Positions 26,051-36,426 of a stretch of 64,000 nt of DNA are shown in pieces. The stretch spans positions 1-64,000 of IMG/VR virus record IMGVR_UViG_3300042908_001045; one strand, given 5' to 3'. Each line of letters begins with the position of its first letter. The first letter of the stretch is position 1. Origin of the DNA: a virus. The notes below the pieces were generated by a model. It had not been told where the DNA came from and ran no database searches. It saw only the letters and a list, made by a program, of their open reading frames with translations. The position numbers and the translations under genes were made by a program.

Positions 26051-26956
26051 CTAAGTATTAAGTCTCCATAAAAGGGACGCAAAAGACGAAATTTCAGTCA
26101 CAGTCAAACTACCATTCATGTTCTGTTCAGCATATACTTGATTAGGCAATAATAAGTTATTCATTTCCAGAATTGGTTTTAGTTTAGTAGTGACCGTCTT
26201 TTCTATTTCTTTTATCCAAGTTTGAAATGCTCTGGCTTCTTTGCCTCTGATAATTCCATAGTTTTGCACTATAGTTCCTAAAAATTTCAACTTAAACCCT
26301 GGAAATGGATAAGCAGCTTCTTTTAGAATAGGATTTTTGCTTGCTTTCTTTGCCCAATCACACCATTTTGGTAATATTCTAGCTAAAGAATCTATGGCCA
26401 TTACTGAAAAGAAATCAGCAGTTGTAGGTACTAAGAAAAAATCACTAATCATTAATAAATTTTGATTGATTGCTCCTAAACTGGGACTCATATCAATTAA
26501 AATGTAGTCAGCATTAAATTTATTAGCTGTCTTTTCTAAAAGATCAGAAATCGCACCTGGTAAATTTTTTAGTGCATGAATTGAACCACTCAGTTCTTGT
26601 GCAATACCTAACGTTACTTCATATTCAGCAAAACCAACATGTCCAGGTAATAAAAACAGTCCTTCTTGTCCTTCTATGGGAATACAATCTACTGCTTGAA
26701 TAGCTCTTGGCTGAGATTCAAAAGCAGGAGCTAAGCCAGTTTTAATATTAGAAGAATTTTGATAAATGCTTTCTATTCTGGCTTCATCTTCTTCTGTTTC
26801 TTCTTTTAATGCCATGCCTGTAAGATTACACTGAGGATCAGCATCTACCAAAATTACTCTTTTCCCTTTTTCAGCAAGCATCCAACCTAAGTTGAATGTA
26901 GTAGTGGTTTTGCCCACACCACCTTTATGATTAAATAAGGCAATTTTTTGAACCAT
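26051..26956 (-). CDS. parA: ParA/AAA_31-family ATPase, probably C-terminally truncated
   Basis: FNHKGGVGKTT, VDADPQCNLT, IDMSPSLG; last residues encoded by the repeat. Confidence 0.85.
   Translation of the reverse strand: MVQKIALFNHKGGVGKTTTTFNLGWMLAEKGKRVILVDADPQCNLTGMALKEETEEDEARIESIYQNSSNIKTGLAPAFESQPRAIQAVDCIPIEGQEGLFLLPGHVGFAEYEVTLGIAQELSGSIHALKNLPGAISDLLEKTANKFNADYILIDMSPSLGAINQNLLMISDFFLVPTTADFFSVMAIDSLARILPKWCDWAKKASKNPILKEAAYPFPGFKLKFLGTIVQNYGIIRGKEARAFQTWIKEIEKTVTTKLKPILEMNNLLLPNQVYAEQNMNGSLTVTEISSFASLLWRLNT
26054..26085. repeat. 32-bp direct repeat, copy 1
   Basis: AGTATTAAGTCTCCATAAAAGGGACGCAAAAG. Confidence 0.85.
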
Positions 26957-27177
26957 TGTTACGCACCATTTTAATTTTAATGATCAAACTTATTGATTAA
27001 TCATTTGTATGAATTATACCATATTTTCCCAGAAATGTTGAATGTCGTTACGCAAGTTTGCATATTCAGTTATAGTAGTCCTATTAAGAGTGAAAATGTT
27101 AACATCTCATGATATTTGGATATAGATTCCGCAACTTTAGTAATTTTAGATTACGTAGTTTATTAAATTGGCACTTC

Positions 27178-27209
27178 AGTATTAATTCTCCATAAAAAGG
27201 ACGCAAAAG
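27178..27209. repeat. 32-bp direct repeat, copy 2 (30/32 identical)
   Basis: AGTATTAATTCTCCATAAAAAGGACGCAAAAG. Confidence 0.85.
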
Positions 27210-27343
27210 CCAATTATCGCAAAGCTGTTAAATTAAAGCCAAATAGCCTAGTTAACCGTGCTGTTTTATTCAATTTACTCAAAAAACAAGGAAGAATTAA
27301 TGAAGTAAGCGGTTTAATTTGATTAATAACATAACTAGTGGGT

Positions 27344-27375
27344 AAAAGCATTTAACTGTATAATTAAATGCTTTT
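27344..27375 (+). terminator. hairpin terminator after the TPR pseudogene
   Basis: AAAAGCATTTAA-ctgtataa-TTAAATGCTTTT. Confidence 0.6.
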
Positions 27376-27482
27376 TATCACGGAAGGTGGTAAAAAATTT
27401 CTAAAAAAAAATAACAAAACCAGATCTTTCCGCTACTGGCTCTGTTATGATAGATTTATTATTCATCATGGATCTATTATAA

Positions 27483-28694
27483 ATGAGTTTTGTTTTTCCG
27501 GGGAGAGTAATCGCATATTCTCCAGAGGTATCAAAAAAACTAGGGTCTGTCACCGCTGCCATCCTAGTAGGACAATTAGAGTTTTGGTTCAGCAAATATA
27601 AGACATTTTGGAAGTTCTTAGAACCAAACAACTCTGAGAATTATAGAGAAGGCGACTCTTGGACAGAAGAACTAGCGTTTTCCAAAGCAGAGTTCAAGAC
27701 TGCTTTTAACAAAGTAGGGATAAAGTACGCCTCCCAAAAAGAGTATGAAGATGCAGAGAATAAGTTCGTCAAGGACGGTAAAGAATATCTTTACTGTTCT
27801 TATACGAATAAGATGACGCATATTACCTGGTATGAGCGCAACGATGCCAAGGTAGAGAAATTTTGGATAGACACATTTTTTGTGGATAGAAGCACTCTTA
27901 AAGAACGTCCGTTTCCATCTAATGAACTACAAGATAAGAAAGGCACAAGACCGCTGACACCCGTACTTGGTATTAGACGAGATTTACCACAATCACAATC
28001 TTACTTTCCCGAAAGCAAGAAAGTTGATCTCGATTCATATACAGATATCAATGCAAAGAAAAAAAATAAATATGTCAAGAAAGATGTTGTGGACAAGACT
28101 CAGAATAAGTCTGAGGAGAAGCCAGAAGTCCAAGAAGTAAAAAGTCTTTCTTTAGTAAAAACTCAAGAAGATAAGAATGTTGAAAGATTATCCGTTGATC
28201 AATATAAACAAGTGCCGCCCGCGCCCGCGTCTTGTCAAGGCAAGGATGGTCTTGGATTAAGCAATGATTATTATACGCGTCCAACACATCATATAAAAAA
28301 GACATCTATGAGCATTGCAACAGATGCTTGGATGGCTGAAAGCAAGCAAAATGTTAAAGCTTCGTTTGCTGAATGGGTGTATAATGAGCGGCGAAAAAGC
28401 AATTCTAATACTAATTTGGTTGATATTGTTGCTGAGATTAAAAACAATGCCGACGGCGCTGCTATTTGGTGGAAACAGTATCTTAAATACCAAGAAGAAC
28501 AAGCCAAGCTAGAACAGCTGCAACAAGAGAAGTTAAAAGAGAAGGCATTGGCTGAAGCCAAAGAAAAGCAAGCGCAATGGGAGATAGAACAAGAAGCTGA
28601 ATCTTATGGCATGACTACTCAAGAGTACATTCTCTATAAGAACAGAAAAGCTAAAGAGGACTTAAAAGCTAAATTCAATGAGTGGGGTTCCTAA
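27483..28694 (+). CDS. phage replication initiator / replisome organizer
   Basis: IAY.P...LGSVTAAIL..QL.FW...SW.EEL N-terminal wHTH; directly upstream of DnaB. Confidence 0.7.
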   Translation: MSFVFPGRVIAYSPEVSKKLGSVTAAILVGQLEFWFSKYKTFWKFLEPNNSENYREGDSWTEELAFSKAEFKTAFNKVGIKYASQKEYEDAENKFVKDGKEYLYCSYTNKMTHITWYERNDAKVEKFWIDTFFVDRSTLKERPFPSNELQDKKGTRPLTPVLGIRRDLPQSQSYFPESKKVDLDSYTDINAKKKNKYVKKDVVDKTQNKSEEKPEVQEVKSLSLVKTQEDKNVERLSVDQYKQVPPAPASCQGKDGLGLSNDYYTRPTHHIKKTSMSIATDAWMAESKQNVKASFAEWVYNERRKSNSNTNLVDIVAEIKNNADGAAIWWKQYLKYQEEQAKLEQLQQEKLKEKALAEAKEKQAQWEIEQEAESYGMTTQEYILYKNRKAKEDLKAKFNEWGS

Positions 28695-28756
28695 TTTTAT
28701 TGACAGTGTGTTTTTATTGTGTTAGATTGCTGGTGGTGTTTACTTAGTAGTGGTTC

Positions 28757-30061
28757 ATGGATATTACAATAATTGATTCTCCGGAGTCGGAGAGAGAGCT
28801 TCTAAGCTATGTGTTAGTGCATAGTAGTTTGGATATAGTTGAAAAATACGAGATACAGGAAGAAGATTTTTCTGTATTGGATTACAAAAAGCTATTTAAA
28901 GTATTTAAGGCTTTAAATAGTCAAGGCAAGCGCATTGACTTAATGGAAGTCACTAATTTTTTGACTACAAACTCTGTCAAGTTAGTGGCAGAGCCAAAAG
29001 CATTGATAGCATCTATCCTGGATAGTGCATATTACAATCCAGAGTCAGCAGCATCTATTATTAAAGACAAAACGCTCAGGAGGCGAATTATGTCAGCTGC
29101 TGAATTTGCAAAAAAGGAGTCTAACAACTTGCTTATTGAGCCACAGGACTTATTGGCATCTATGCAAGAGGAGTTACTAAAAGTCGAAAGGCAAGTTCAT
29201 GGGGACAGATATCAGCTGTTCTCTGCTAATAAGCTGGCTATGTCCGTTTTTGATTATCTTACTTCAGAACATCAGAAATTGCCTAATTTAGGCTGGTATT
29301 CACTTGATAATATACTAGAAGGCATTCGTCCATGTGTGTACCTTGTAGCTGGCGGTACAGGCATGGGGAAAACGTCTTTTATGTTAGCCATGGCAATGCA
29401 ATTAATGAAGCTGCATGGATTGCCTGCATTGTACTTTACTCCTGAGATGACACAGGAGCAGTTTGCAACAAGAGTTTTGTCAAACATCACTGGAATAAAT
29501 TCTAGTGATTTGTTGCAGATTGGCAGAAATGAGCAACATCACAAGTGGGATACAATGAGTCAGGGTATTGCTCAATTGGGAGAATTGCCATTGTATGTGA
29601 ACGATAATAGTTCACCGAGCATGGCAATCATTGAGTCAGATATCAGGAAAGTGATAGCTCAGCGTGGTGAGAAGATGGCTGTATTTGTGGATTATTTACA
29701 GCAATTGCCACCTGTATCTAAAGATGGTGATTCTGCATCTGAGCTAGGACGACGGATGCAACTACTTGATAATATTTCTAAGAAATATCAAGTACCGTTA
29801 TTCGTTGGTTGTCAGATTAATCGTAGTAACGCTACTACACAAGACAAACGTCCTGATTTGTTTAGTATTCGTGGTAGTGGAGAGATCGCGGAAAAGGCAG
29901 CTGTTATTCTAGGATTGTTTCGTTCTGCTTATTATAGTAAAGATCCAGGAGATTATAGCTTTGAAGTTTTAGTGTTAAAAAATCGATGGGGAAGGATGGG
30001 CGAGACTGCTTATCTTCAATGCGATCTCGGTACATCTACGTTCAAGGACACAACAGTATAA
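28757..30061 (+). CDS. dnaB: DnaB-like replicative helicase
   Basis: GGTGMGKT, VFVDYLQ, QINR, KRPDL..IRGSG.I, KNR.G. Confidence 0.9.
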   Translation: MDITIIDSPESERELLSYVLVHSSLDIVEKYEIQEEDFSVLDYKKLFKVFKALNSQGKRIDLMEVTNFLTTNSVKLVAEPKALIASILDSAYYNPESAASIIKDKTLRRRIMSAAEFAKKESNNLLIEPQDLLASMQEELLKVERQVHGDRYQLFSANKLAMSVFDYLTSEHQKLPNLGWYSLDNILEGIRPCVYLVAGGTGMGKTSFMLAMAMQLMKLHGLPALYFTPEMTQEQFATRVLSNITGINSSDLLQIGRNEQHHKWDTMSQGIAQLGELPLYVNDNSSPSMAIIESDIRKVIAQRGEKMAVFVDYLQQLPPVSKDGDSASELGRRMQLLDNISKKYQVPLFVGCQINRSNATTQDKRPDLFSIRGSGEIAEKAAVILGLFRSAYYSKDPGDYSFEVLVLKNRWGRMGETAYLQCDLGTSTFKDTTV

Positions 30062-30438
30062 TGCAACCTATTATGGTGGCTTTCACCCCAAGTTTTGTCA
30101 GAAAAATTTTACTACGGGAGAAGACGATAGAGCTACGCAAGTTTTCTCCAGTTTCAAACAAGTTAATTATTTTTGAAAAAAGACCAATGATGGCTATTGT
30201 AGCCAAATGCAAAATTAAACAAATAGTTTCTGGAAATGCGGATTATTGGTGTAATTATTCCAATAAACTTTGCATGTCTACAAAAGAAATTAAAGATTAC
30301 TTAGGAGAGTCTGATGGCTATGGTTGGTACTTGTCTGATATTCAAAGAACTAAACAAGTACCATTTAACATGTTGGGATTGTCTTGTATTCCAAGTAAAT
30401 TTATTTACACTCCTTATGACTGGTTTTACAACTTATAA
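30061..30438 (+). CDS. ASCH/PUA-like domain protein
   Basis: P.FV.KIL..EKTIELRK...IFEKRP..AIV; start at 30061 coupled to dnaB stop. Confidence 0.75.
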   Translation: MQPIMVAFTPSFVRKILLREKTIELRKFSPVSNKLIIFEKRPMMAIVAKCKIKQIVSGNADYWCNYSNKLCMSTKEIKDYLGESDGYGWYLSDIQRTKQVPFNMLGLSCIPSKFIYTPYDWFYNL

Positions 30439-30499
30439 GGAATTGCAAGTTTTTGTAACTTACTTTAGAATATTGTCAAGATATTTATTGAGTTAAGTT

Positions 30500-30751
30500 A
30501 TGACTAACATAGAATCAAGGAAAAAATCTCAAAAAAATTATTACCTAAGAATAAAGGCGGGATATAAAACTATCGCTTGTTCTCTTTGTGGAGCGCGATT
30601 AAAAGTAGATTCCCGCCATTCTCCAATATGCTGGGGCTGTTGGTATAAAACTGAAGAAGGAAGATTGTATCTGAAAGAAAAACAACAAAAAAGCAGAGCT
30701 AAGAAAAAGAAAATAATAGAAATACTGAAAAATTTAGAAAATAAATTCTAA
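30500..30751 (+). CDS. small basic Zn-ribbon protein
   Basis: CSLC...CWGC. Confidence 0.6.
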   Translation: MTNIESRKKSQKNYYLRIKAGYKTIACSLCGARLKVDSRHSPICWGCWYKTEEGRLYLKEKQQKSRAKKKKIIEILKNLENKF

Positions 30752-30785
30752 ACCACTTGACAAGATAGTTCTGATAAGTTATATT
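30750..30785 (+). promoter_or_regulatory. early promoter AAACCAC-TTGACA-17-TATATT
   Basis: Direct motif match. Confidence 0.7.
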
Positions 30786-30814
30786 TGTAGTATTGAACAA
30801 TACAGGACAATAGT

Positions 30815-31444
30815 ATGAAAAACGTAATTGCAGCTTTAACAAAAGCTAAACTTCAATTTAAACCACTTAAAAAGAGTGGGTTTAATAAATTCCTGAATTA
30901 TGAATATTCGACCTTGTCGGATGTTCACGCTGCTGTTGATGTAGGTTTAGCCCAAAATGGGCTTGCTTGTGTTTTTACGTTTGAAGATGAAAAATTGACT
31001 TTGACTCTTTGGCACGAGTCAGGAGAAAGTTTATCGTCGTCCACTACACTACTTGTCGAAAGGACCAAAGGCAGGGACGGCAAAGAACAATCCTACTGCC
31101 ACGCGTGGGGCAGTGTGATTACGTACACGAGAAGATATTTGTTAGAATCTCTTCTAGGCCTTTCGGCTGAGGAAGATGATGATGCGCAAGAATCAGTACT
31201 ATTAGACAAAAAAGAAACTATTAGTGCTAGTGTCAGTAGGTTATCAGATGAGCAAGTCAACAAATTGATGGATGTTGCTCGTCAAAGCAATCTATTGGAC
31301 TCTAATGGAGACATTGGGGATAAAGTAAAAATTGCCATAACGGCAAAAACTGGACTAAAGTCTAAAATTAAATCTTTTGGGGAAATTCCCCCGGAGAAAT
31401 ACGAGCTAATTATAGCTTGGCTGCCAACTGTTAAGTTAGAATAG
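30815..31444 (+). CDS. erf: ERF-family single-strand annealing protein
   Basis: N.F.NY.Y.TL.D, GSVITYTRRY.L..LLGL..EEDDD. Confidence 0.85.
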   Translation: MKNVIAALTKAKLQFKPLKKSGFNKFLNYEYSTLSDVHAAVDVGLAQNGLACVFTFEDEKLTLTLWHESGESLSSSTTLLVERTKGRDGKEQSYCHAWGSVITYTRRYLLESLLGLSAEEDDDAQESVLLDKKETISASVSRLSDEQVNKLMDVARQSNLLDSNGDIGDKVKIAITAKTGLKSKIKSFGEIPPEKYELIIAWLPTVKLE

Positions 31445-31458
31445 AAAATTAGATACTT

Positions 31459-31496
31459 TAAAATACCCCGCATCCAGTTAGGAGCGGGGTATTTTA
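31459..31496. terminator. bidirectional terminator
   Basis: TAAAATACCCCGC...GCGGGGTATTTTA. Confidence 0.85.
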
Positions 31497-31504
31497 TTGA
31501 TTAG

Positions 31505-32608
31505 TTATTGTCTCAACTGAATAGGCATTAGTAATCTTAAATTATCTGGATCTCCCATTTTAGACAAGATAACCGGTGTTAGTTCTTGATTCATTTGAAG
31601 TCTCACCTCTTCTCCATTAAGAGATTTTAATGCTTCTAAGATGTATTTTGCATTAAAACAAATTACAATTGGGCTTCCGGAGAAATCACAATTTAATGTG
31701 TCAATAGCGCTGCCAACGCCTTGATTTTCAGTTGTTAATTCTACTTTTTGTTCATCTGGCACAAAAGTCATTTTCACAATATTATTTTTTGAGTCAGACA
31801 TAATATTAACCCGTTCCAGTGTTTCTATTAGCTGCTTTCTAGAAATACAACATTCTCTCTCAAATTGTCTTGGTATTAATTGAGAATAGTTTGGATAATT
31901 TCCCTGTAATGTTCTGAAGACAACAGTAGTGTTGTCTGATTGAATTTTGGCTATTGACTCTGAAAATGTTAACTGAAATACGCTATAAGGCTTTACAATT
32001 TTAATTATTTCATGTAAAACCTTTGCTGGAATAGTGCATGCGTTTATAGTTTCTTTGCTTTCGTAAGAAAATACTGATAGCCTGTGTCCATCGGTTGTGG
32101 CTAAGCACATTTTTTCGTTTTTATACTGAAAATTTACTCCAGTTAATACTTGTTTAGTTTCATCACTAGAAGCAGAGAAAAGAACGGATTTTAATCCTTC
32201 TAGCAACTTTTCAGCAGATAGCGATATTTCTTCACTTTCCTCTAAAGATGGAAAAGTTGCATACTCTGCTGAGGAAACACCATTAATTTTGAATTTACCA
32301 GTTTTGTGCTTAATGTTTAATGTTGTCTCGTCTGTGTTTACTTTAATCTCTAAATCACAGTTAGGTATTTTGTTGATGCTGTCTACTAACGCTCTAGCGG
32401 AAACACAGATAGAGCCTTCTTCTATTATTTCTGCTGCAATTTCTGTTTTAATCCATATAGATAAATCAGACCCTGTTATAATTAAATTGTCTTCCTTAGC
32501 TTCTACTAAGAAACAACCTAAGATAGGGTGGGTAGGACGAGCTGAAATTGCTCTAGCGACCTGATTTATTGCATTAGAAAAACTAGCTTGGTTTACGAAA
32601 AATTTCAT
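31505..32608 (-). CDS. dnaN: DNA polymerase III beta sliding clamp
   Basis: ISARPTHPIL, ATTDGHRL, GNYPNY.QLIP, FNAKY, LLMPIQLR. Confidence 0.95.
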   Translation of the reverse strand: MKFFVNQASFSNAINQVARAISARPTHPILGCFLVEAKEDNLIITGSDLSIWIKTEIAAEIIEEGSICVSARALVDSINKIPNCDLEIKVNTDETTLNIKHKTGKFKINGVSSAEYATFPSLEESEEISLSAEKLLEGLKSVLFSASSDETKQVLTGVNFQYKNEKMCLATTDGHRLSVFSYESKETINACTIPAKVLHEIIKIVKPYSVFQLTFSESIAKIQSDNTTVVFRTLQGNYPNYSQLIPRQFERECCISRKQLIETLERVNIMSDSKNNIVKMTFVPDEQKVELTTENQGVGSAIDTLNCDFSGSPIVICFNAKYILEALKSLNGEEVRLQMNQELTPVILSKMGDPDNLRLLMPIQLRQ

Positions 32609-32640
32609 GATTAACTACTCTGTATTGCCAATTTAATTAT

Positions 32641-34146
32641 ATGATAGAAATTCAATTAAATCCAAGATTTAAAACAAAAATTAAACAAAGAACAATTGAC
32701 TTTTTAACACAAAACGGACGCGCTCAGTCGCTAGATAACTTTTATCAAGTTCCGTCTAATTATAGTGAGTTTTTGCAAGAGTGTTGTCGAATTAGATCTG
32801 GTAATAAATTTATTCCTTTTGCTCCGTTTGAATATCAAAAAATTGTTAGTGATTTAATAGATAAATATCGCGGTATAATGATTTTCAAAACAAGACAATT
32901 AGGTTTAACTGAATGTATTTCTGCTAAGTTTTTACATAAAGCATTGTTAAACCCTGCCTACGCTGCGGCTGTATTGTCTTTAGGACAAAAAGAATCTTCT
33001 AATATTGCAGTGCGTATTCAATCCATGCCTGCTAATATCAAAGACCTTAGATTTTTAACTAAATCTAAAACGGAGATCCACTTTCAGAATGCTGGTAAAA
33101 TATGGTTTCGCCCTGCTACAGATAATGCTACACGGTCACTAGAATCTGTTAGTGATATTTTTTATGATGAGGCTGCATTTCCTCCTAATTTTAGTGAGAT
33201 TTATGCATCGTCAACACCATCACAAGAAGCGGTAGGGGAAAATGCCAGAACTATAATGGCTACAACAATGTCTCAACTAGGAAAATTGTCGACTTTTTGG
33301 CAAATGTTTGATTCAGCTAATCCAGTAAATGCAGAGGAATTGATAGAAAAAATTAAAGCAGGTAAAGAAGAGCCGTGCTATTGGTGGGTGGACAACAATG
33401 GCTGGGCAAAAGTAATTATTCATTGGAAGGCTCATCCAGTATATAGCAATGTTCCTGACTTTTTGCAAAAGACTAAAGAAAAACATAAATTAACAGATGA
33501 TGCACTTAATAGAGAATACAATCTTGGCATTCCTGATTCAGGTGGTGCTTTATTTAGTTCTGAGAATGTTTTTAAATGTGCTGTTGGTAGTTGGGCATTA
33601 CCAAATAAAGAAAGACATTATATGGCAGCATTAGATCCAAATTTTGGAGGTACAGACTATTGGGAGTATTTAATAATTGACATTACTGATTATCCATATC
33701 AAGTAGTAGCTGAGTACAGAGAAAACGATAGACAATCTTTGTTCTGTATAGACAAAACATTACAATTATCAGATGCTTACAATCCTGTTTTAACTGTAAT
33801 AGAACACAACTCTGGTGGTGCTATTATTGCAGCTGAAATTGTTAAACAGCGTCCTGGTTTAGCAATTGACACAGTAGCCACTACTAACACTTCTAAAGTT
33901 GTTAACACAGACCGATTGGCATTAGCATTAGAAAAAAGAGAGATTATATTTCCAGCTAATTGGGCAGGGTTAACAGAATTTAAAAGTTTTTCTCTTCAAA
34001 CTAGAAATGCAATGTATGGACATGATGATTGTATTATGTGTTTAAGCATTGCTTTTGCTAGATTAGAAACAGCGTTAAGAAGACGCGGAGGAGCGTTAGC
34101 AGCAGATCTGGGAACTGTGTCTAGAGCAAAATCTAGGTTTAGATAA
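32641..34146 (+). CDS. terL: terminase large subunit
   Basis: KTRQLGLT, DEAAF, ALDP..G.D, HDD.IM. Confidence 0.9.
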   Translation: MIEIQLNPRFKTKIKQRTIDFLTQNGRAQSLDNFYQVPSNYSEFLQECCRIRSGNKFIPFAPFEYQKIVSDLIDKYRGIMIFKTRQLGLTECISAKFLHKALLNPAYAAAVLSLGQKESSNIAVRIQSMPANIKDLRFLTKSKTEIHFQNAGKIWFRPATDNATRSLESVSDIFYDEAAFPPNFSEIYASSTPSQEAVGENARTIMATTMSQLGKLSTFWQMFDSANPVNAEELIEKIKAGKEEPCYWWVDNNGWAKVIIHWKAHPVYSNVPDFLQKTKEKHKLTDDALNREYNLGIPDSGGALFSSENVFKCAVGSWALPNKERHYMAALDPNFGGTDYWEYLIIDITDYPYQVVAEYRENDRQSLFCIDKTLQLSDAYNPVLTVIEHNSGGAIIAAEIVKQRPGLAIDTVATTNTSKVVNTDRLALALEKREIIFPANWAGLTEFKSFSLQTRNAMYGHDDCIMCLSIAFARLETALRRRGGALAADLGTVSRAKSRFR

Positions 34147-34153
34147 ATAATTT

Positions 34154-34178
34154 GCCAGCTTATTGAAGCGAAGCTGGC
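34154..34178 (+). terminator. hairpin after terL
   Basis: GCCAGCTT...AAGCTGGC. Confidence 0.5.
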
Positions 34179-34281
34179 TTAGGTAGGAGAGGCTACCATA
34201 AAAAATAGTATCACAAGTTTATCAATTTATGCTTTAAAAAATATTAAGATTTAAAATAAAGTATAAGTTAATTTATTTTTT

Positions 34282-35571
34282 ATGCCAAATTACGGGAAAA
34301 TCTTTAACAAAATATGGCAATTTTTTAGACGTTCTAGTTCCTCAGATCTAGAAGGGTATAGGCAATCTGTTATTTACCCAGCTATTCAGTTTAAAGCTAA
34401 TTATGATTTACCAGAAACTCCAATACGTCCAGTACATGGTGATTTAAATATTTCTTATGATTTATTGGAGATGTATTATTGGAGTTATGAATATCGTCAT
34501 GCCATAGACACTATAGCATCAGATTGCTTTCAAGAAGTCGAGGGACAAGTATCTAGTTGGTATGTTTCTGACACATTAATAGATGGAAGTTCTGTTGCTC
34601 CAGAAGTATTAGAAATAGCCAAAGAATTATCTACTGCTCGTTGCGGAAAAGATTTAATTTTAGGTGGTGATTTTTTAATACGAGCTGCTGTAGAAGCGTT
34701 GGCTTTTGGAGATAGTTTTGTGGAACTTGGTATTGGTAAAACTGGGTTAAGTAAAGATGATTGGGATATTACTGCTAGTCAATATTTACCAACTTTTTCT
34801 ATATTTGTAGAGAAAACTGCTAATAATGAAACTCTCAAATATATACAACGAACTAAGTTAATGTCTTCTGATGATGACTTAGAGTTTAATCCAGTTAAAA
34901 TACTTCATTTTAAGTACAAATCTCGCGGTCTTTATGGCAATTCTATTGGTTTTCCTTCGATAGAAACATGGCGCAAATTTAAAGATTGTTCCGTAGCTTT
35001 AGAAACCGCAGCACGAGATGTGGGCATTACTCCTTGGCTTCATATTTTACCAGAAGACAAAACAGAACAAGACAGAATTGATTATATGCAACGTCATGAA
35101 AGCATGGCGGCATCTGGCATTATCACAAACTTGTATTTAATGTCTGGTTCTGATGTCCGTAAAGCAGCTAGCACATCCGGAGATGCGTTAACTCCATTAG
35201 TCGATTACTGGTTAAAATTGCGATATCAATGCATTCCACCAAGAGTGCCAGCATGGATATTCCCCGGCTTAGCTGATACAGCAAGTGGAGCCAAGGACAT
35301 TCATGGACAACCAGCATTAACATACAGCAGATTAATTGGGGAAGTACGTTCATTGATTGGAGAACAAGTGCGGTGGGCAATTTGCGTTAAAATGGTTCTT
35401 AGATATGGCTATGATTTCTACTTAAATAATCGAGCTTTTGACGTTAAGTGGCCTAAATGGGTATTAACTCCAAATTCTGAATACACTCAAGTTATGAGTG
35501 AGTTTACTCATCAAGATTCTACTCCTCCACCACAAGATTTACAACTAGAAAAATACTATGCTAGAAACTAA
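34282..35571 (+). CDS. portal protein
   Basis: Position after terL, size, L.FGDSFVEL, ILHFKY...YG.S. Confidence 0.75.
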   Translation: MPNYGKIFNKIWQFFRRSSSSDLEGYRQSVIYPAIQFKANYDLPETPIRPVHGDLNISYDLLEMYYWSYEYRHAIDTIASDCFQEVEGQVSSWYVSDTLIDGSSVAPEVLEIAKELSTARCGKDLILGGDFLIRAAVEALAFGDSFVELGIGKTGLSKDDWDITASQYLPTFSIFVEKTANNETLKYIQRTKLMSSDDDLEFNPVKILHFKYKSRGLYGNSIGFPSIETWRKFKDCSVALETAARDVGITPWLHILPEDKTEQDRIDYMQRHESMAASGIITNLYLMSGSDVRKAASTSGDALTPLVDYWLKLRYQCIPPRVPAWIFPGLADTASGAKDIHGQPALTYSRLIGEVRSLIGEQVRWAICVKMVLRYGYDFYLNNRAFDVKWPKWVLTPNSEYTQVMSEFTHQDSTPPPQDLQLEKYYARN

Positions 35572-35728
35572 GTTTGTACCTGAAAAATCAGATCTAATCC
35601 CATTAGATGAATTACTTAAAACAGCATTAATTACTGATGATGATGTTAATAACTATATTAAAGATTGGGACAAAAACAATGTTGAATATGCTGGTTTACT
35701 AAAAGCTGAAATTGTGGCTGAGGAGTAA
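35558..35728 (+). CDS. small hypothetical protein (56 aa, below ORF-track cutoff)
   Basis: MLETKFVPEK...EIVAEE fills the gap between portal and the next gene. Confidence 0.6.
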   Translation: MLETKFVPEKSDLIPLDELLKTALITDDDVNNYIKDWDKNNVEYAGLLKAEIVAEE

Positions 35729-35730
35729 CA

Positions 35731-36426
35731 ATGGCAGATTTCTCCTTTGACACTAAAACTCAAAGATTCCGCTATACTTCTGGTATTTTTGCTGGTAGAT
35801 TTGTATCTAGAGCAGACATACAAGAAGTGATAGAAAATAATATTAATAGGCTAAAAGGAGATATTAAAACTACTACTCAATTGCTATTAGATAAAAAAAT
35901 AACTGTAGCAACATGGGAACAAACTATGCGGGAGATTATTAAAAAAGGTAATACTCAATCTTACCTAGCAGGTAAAGGAGGTAATTATCAATTCAAAGCT
36001 AGGGATAAAGGAGTAGTAGGCAATAGTTTAGTTGATGAATATGCTTACCTACGACGTTTTTCTCAGGAAATTAATAGCGGTAATTTATCTCCTGCTCAAA
36101 TATTAGACAGGTCCAGTAAATATGGAGATTCTTTCTATAAATTCTATGAAAGAGGAAGGTCAGAAGCACATAAAGAAGCTGGATTTAAATGGGAAAAATG
36201 GGTAATTGGAGCATACAACAACGTTTGCCCTGACTGCATTTCTTATTCAATGAATGGCTGGCAAATAATTGGATATTTTCCACCAATTGCTGTTGCCACG
36301 GCTTGTAAAATGCGCTGTAGATGTCACAAAGATTATTCTAACAGTGTTACTAAACCAATTGTAGATTTATTAAATTCAAAACAAGGATGGATTAATTATG
36401 GAAGTTATGCTACAAAAGCCAGTTAA
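35731..36426 (+). CDS. minor head morphogenesis protein (Mu gpF/SPP1 gp7-like)
   Basis: EKW...CPDC...C..RCRC; position. Confidence 0.7.
   Translation: MADFSFDTKTQRFRYTSGIFAGRFVSRADIQEVIENNINRLKGDIKTTTQLLLDKKITVATWEQTMREIIKKGNTQSYLAGKGGNYQFKARDKGVVGNSLVDEYAYLRRFSQEINSGNLSPAQILDRSSKYGDSFYKFYERGRSEAHKEAGFKWEKWVIGAYNNVCPDCISYSMNGWQIIGYFPPIAVATACKMRCRCHKDYSNSVTKPIVDLLNSKQGWINYGSYATKAS

Larger units (their letters stand above)
25858..27322 (+). pseudogene. TPR gene split by the parA cassette; also carries a nonsense codon and a frameshift
   Basis: MTAQEYYQLG...; FAVAYSAIGNVYYPTGDFILA (to 26051) rejoins KANYRKAVKLKPN...QGRINEV (27206-27322) to give a canonical TPR. Confidence 0.75.

Noticed and set aside
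27170-27210. 32-bp repeats as CRISPR direct repeats (GGAGAATTAAT on the minus strand faintly recalls a cyanobacterial repeat)
   Set aside because: Only two copies 1.1 kb apart, no GAAAC/GAAAG end within the repeat; better explained as cassette ends
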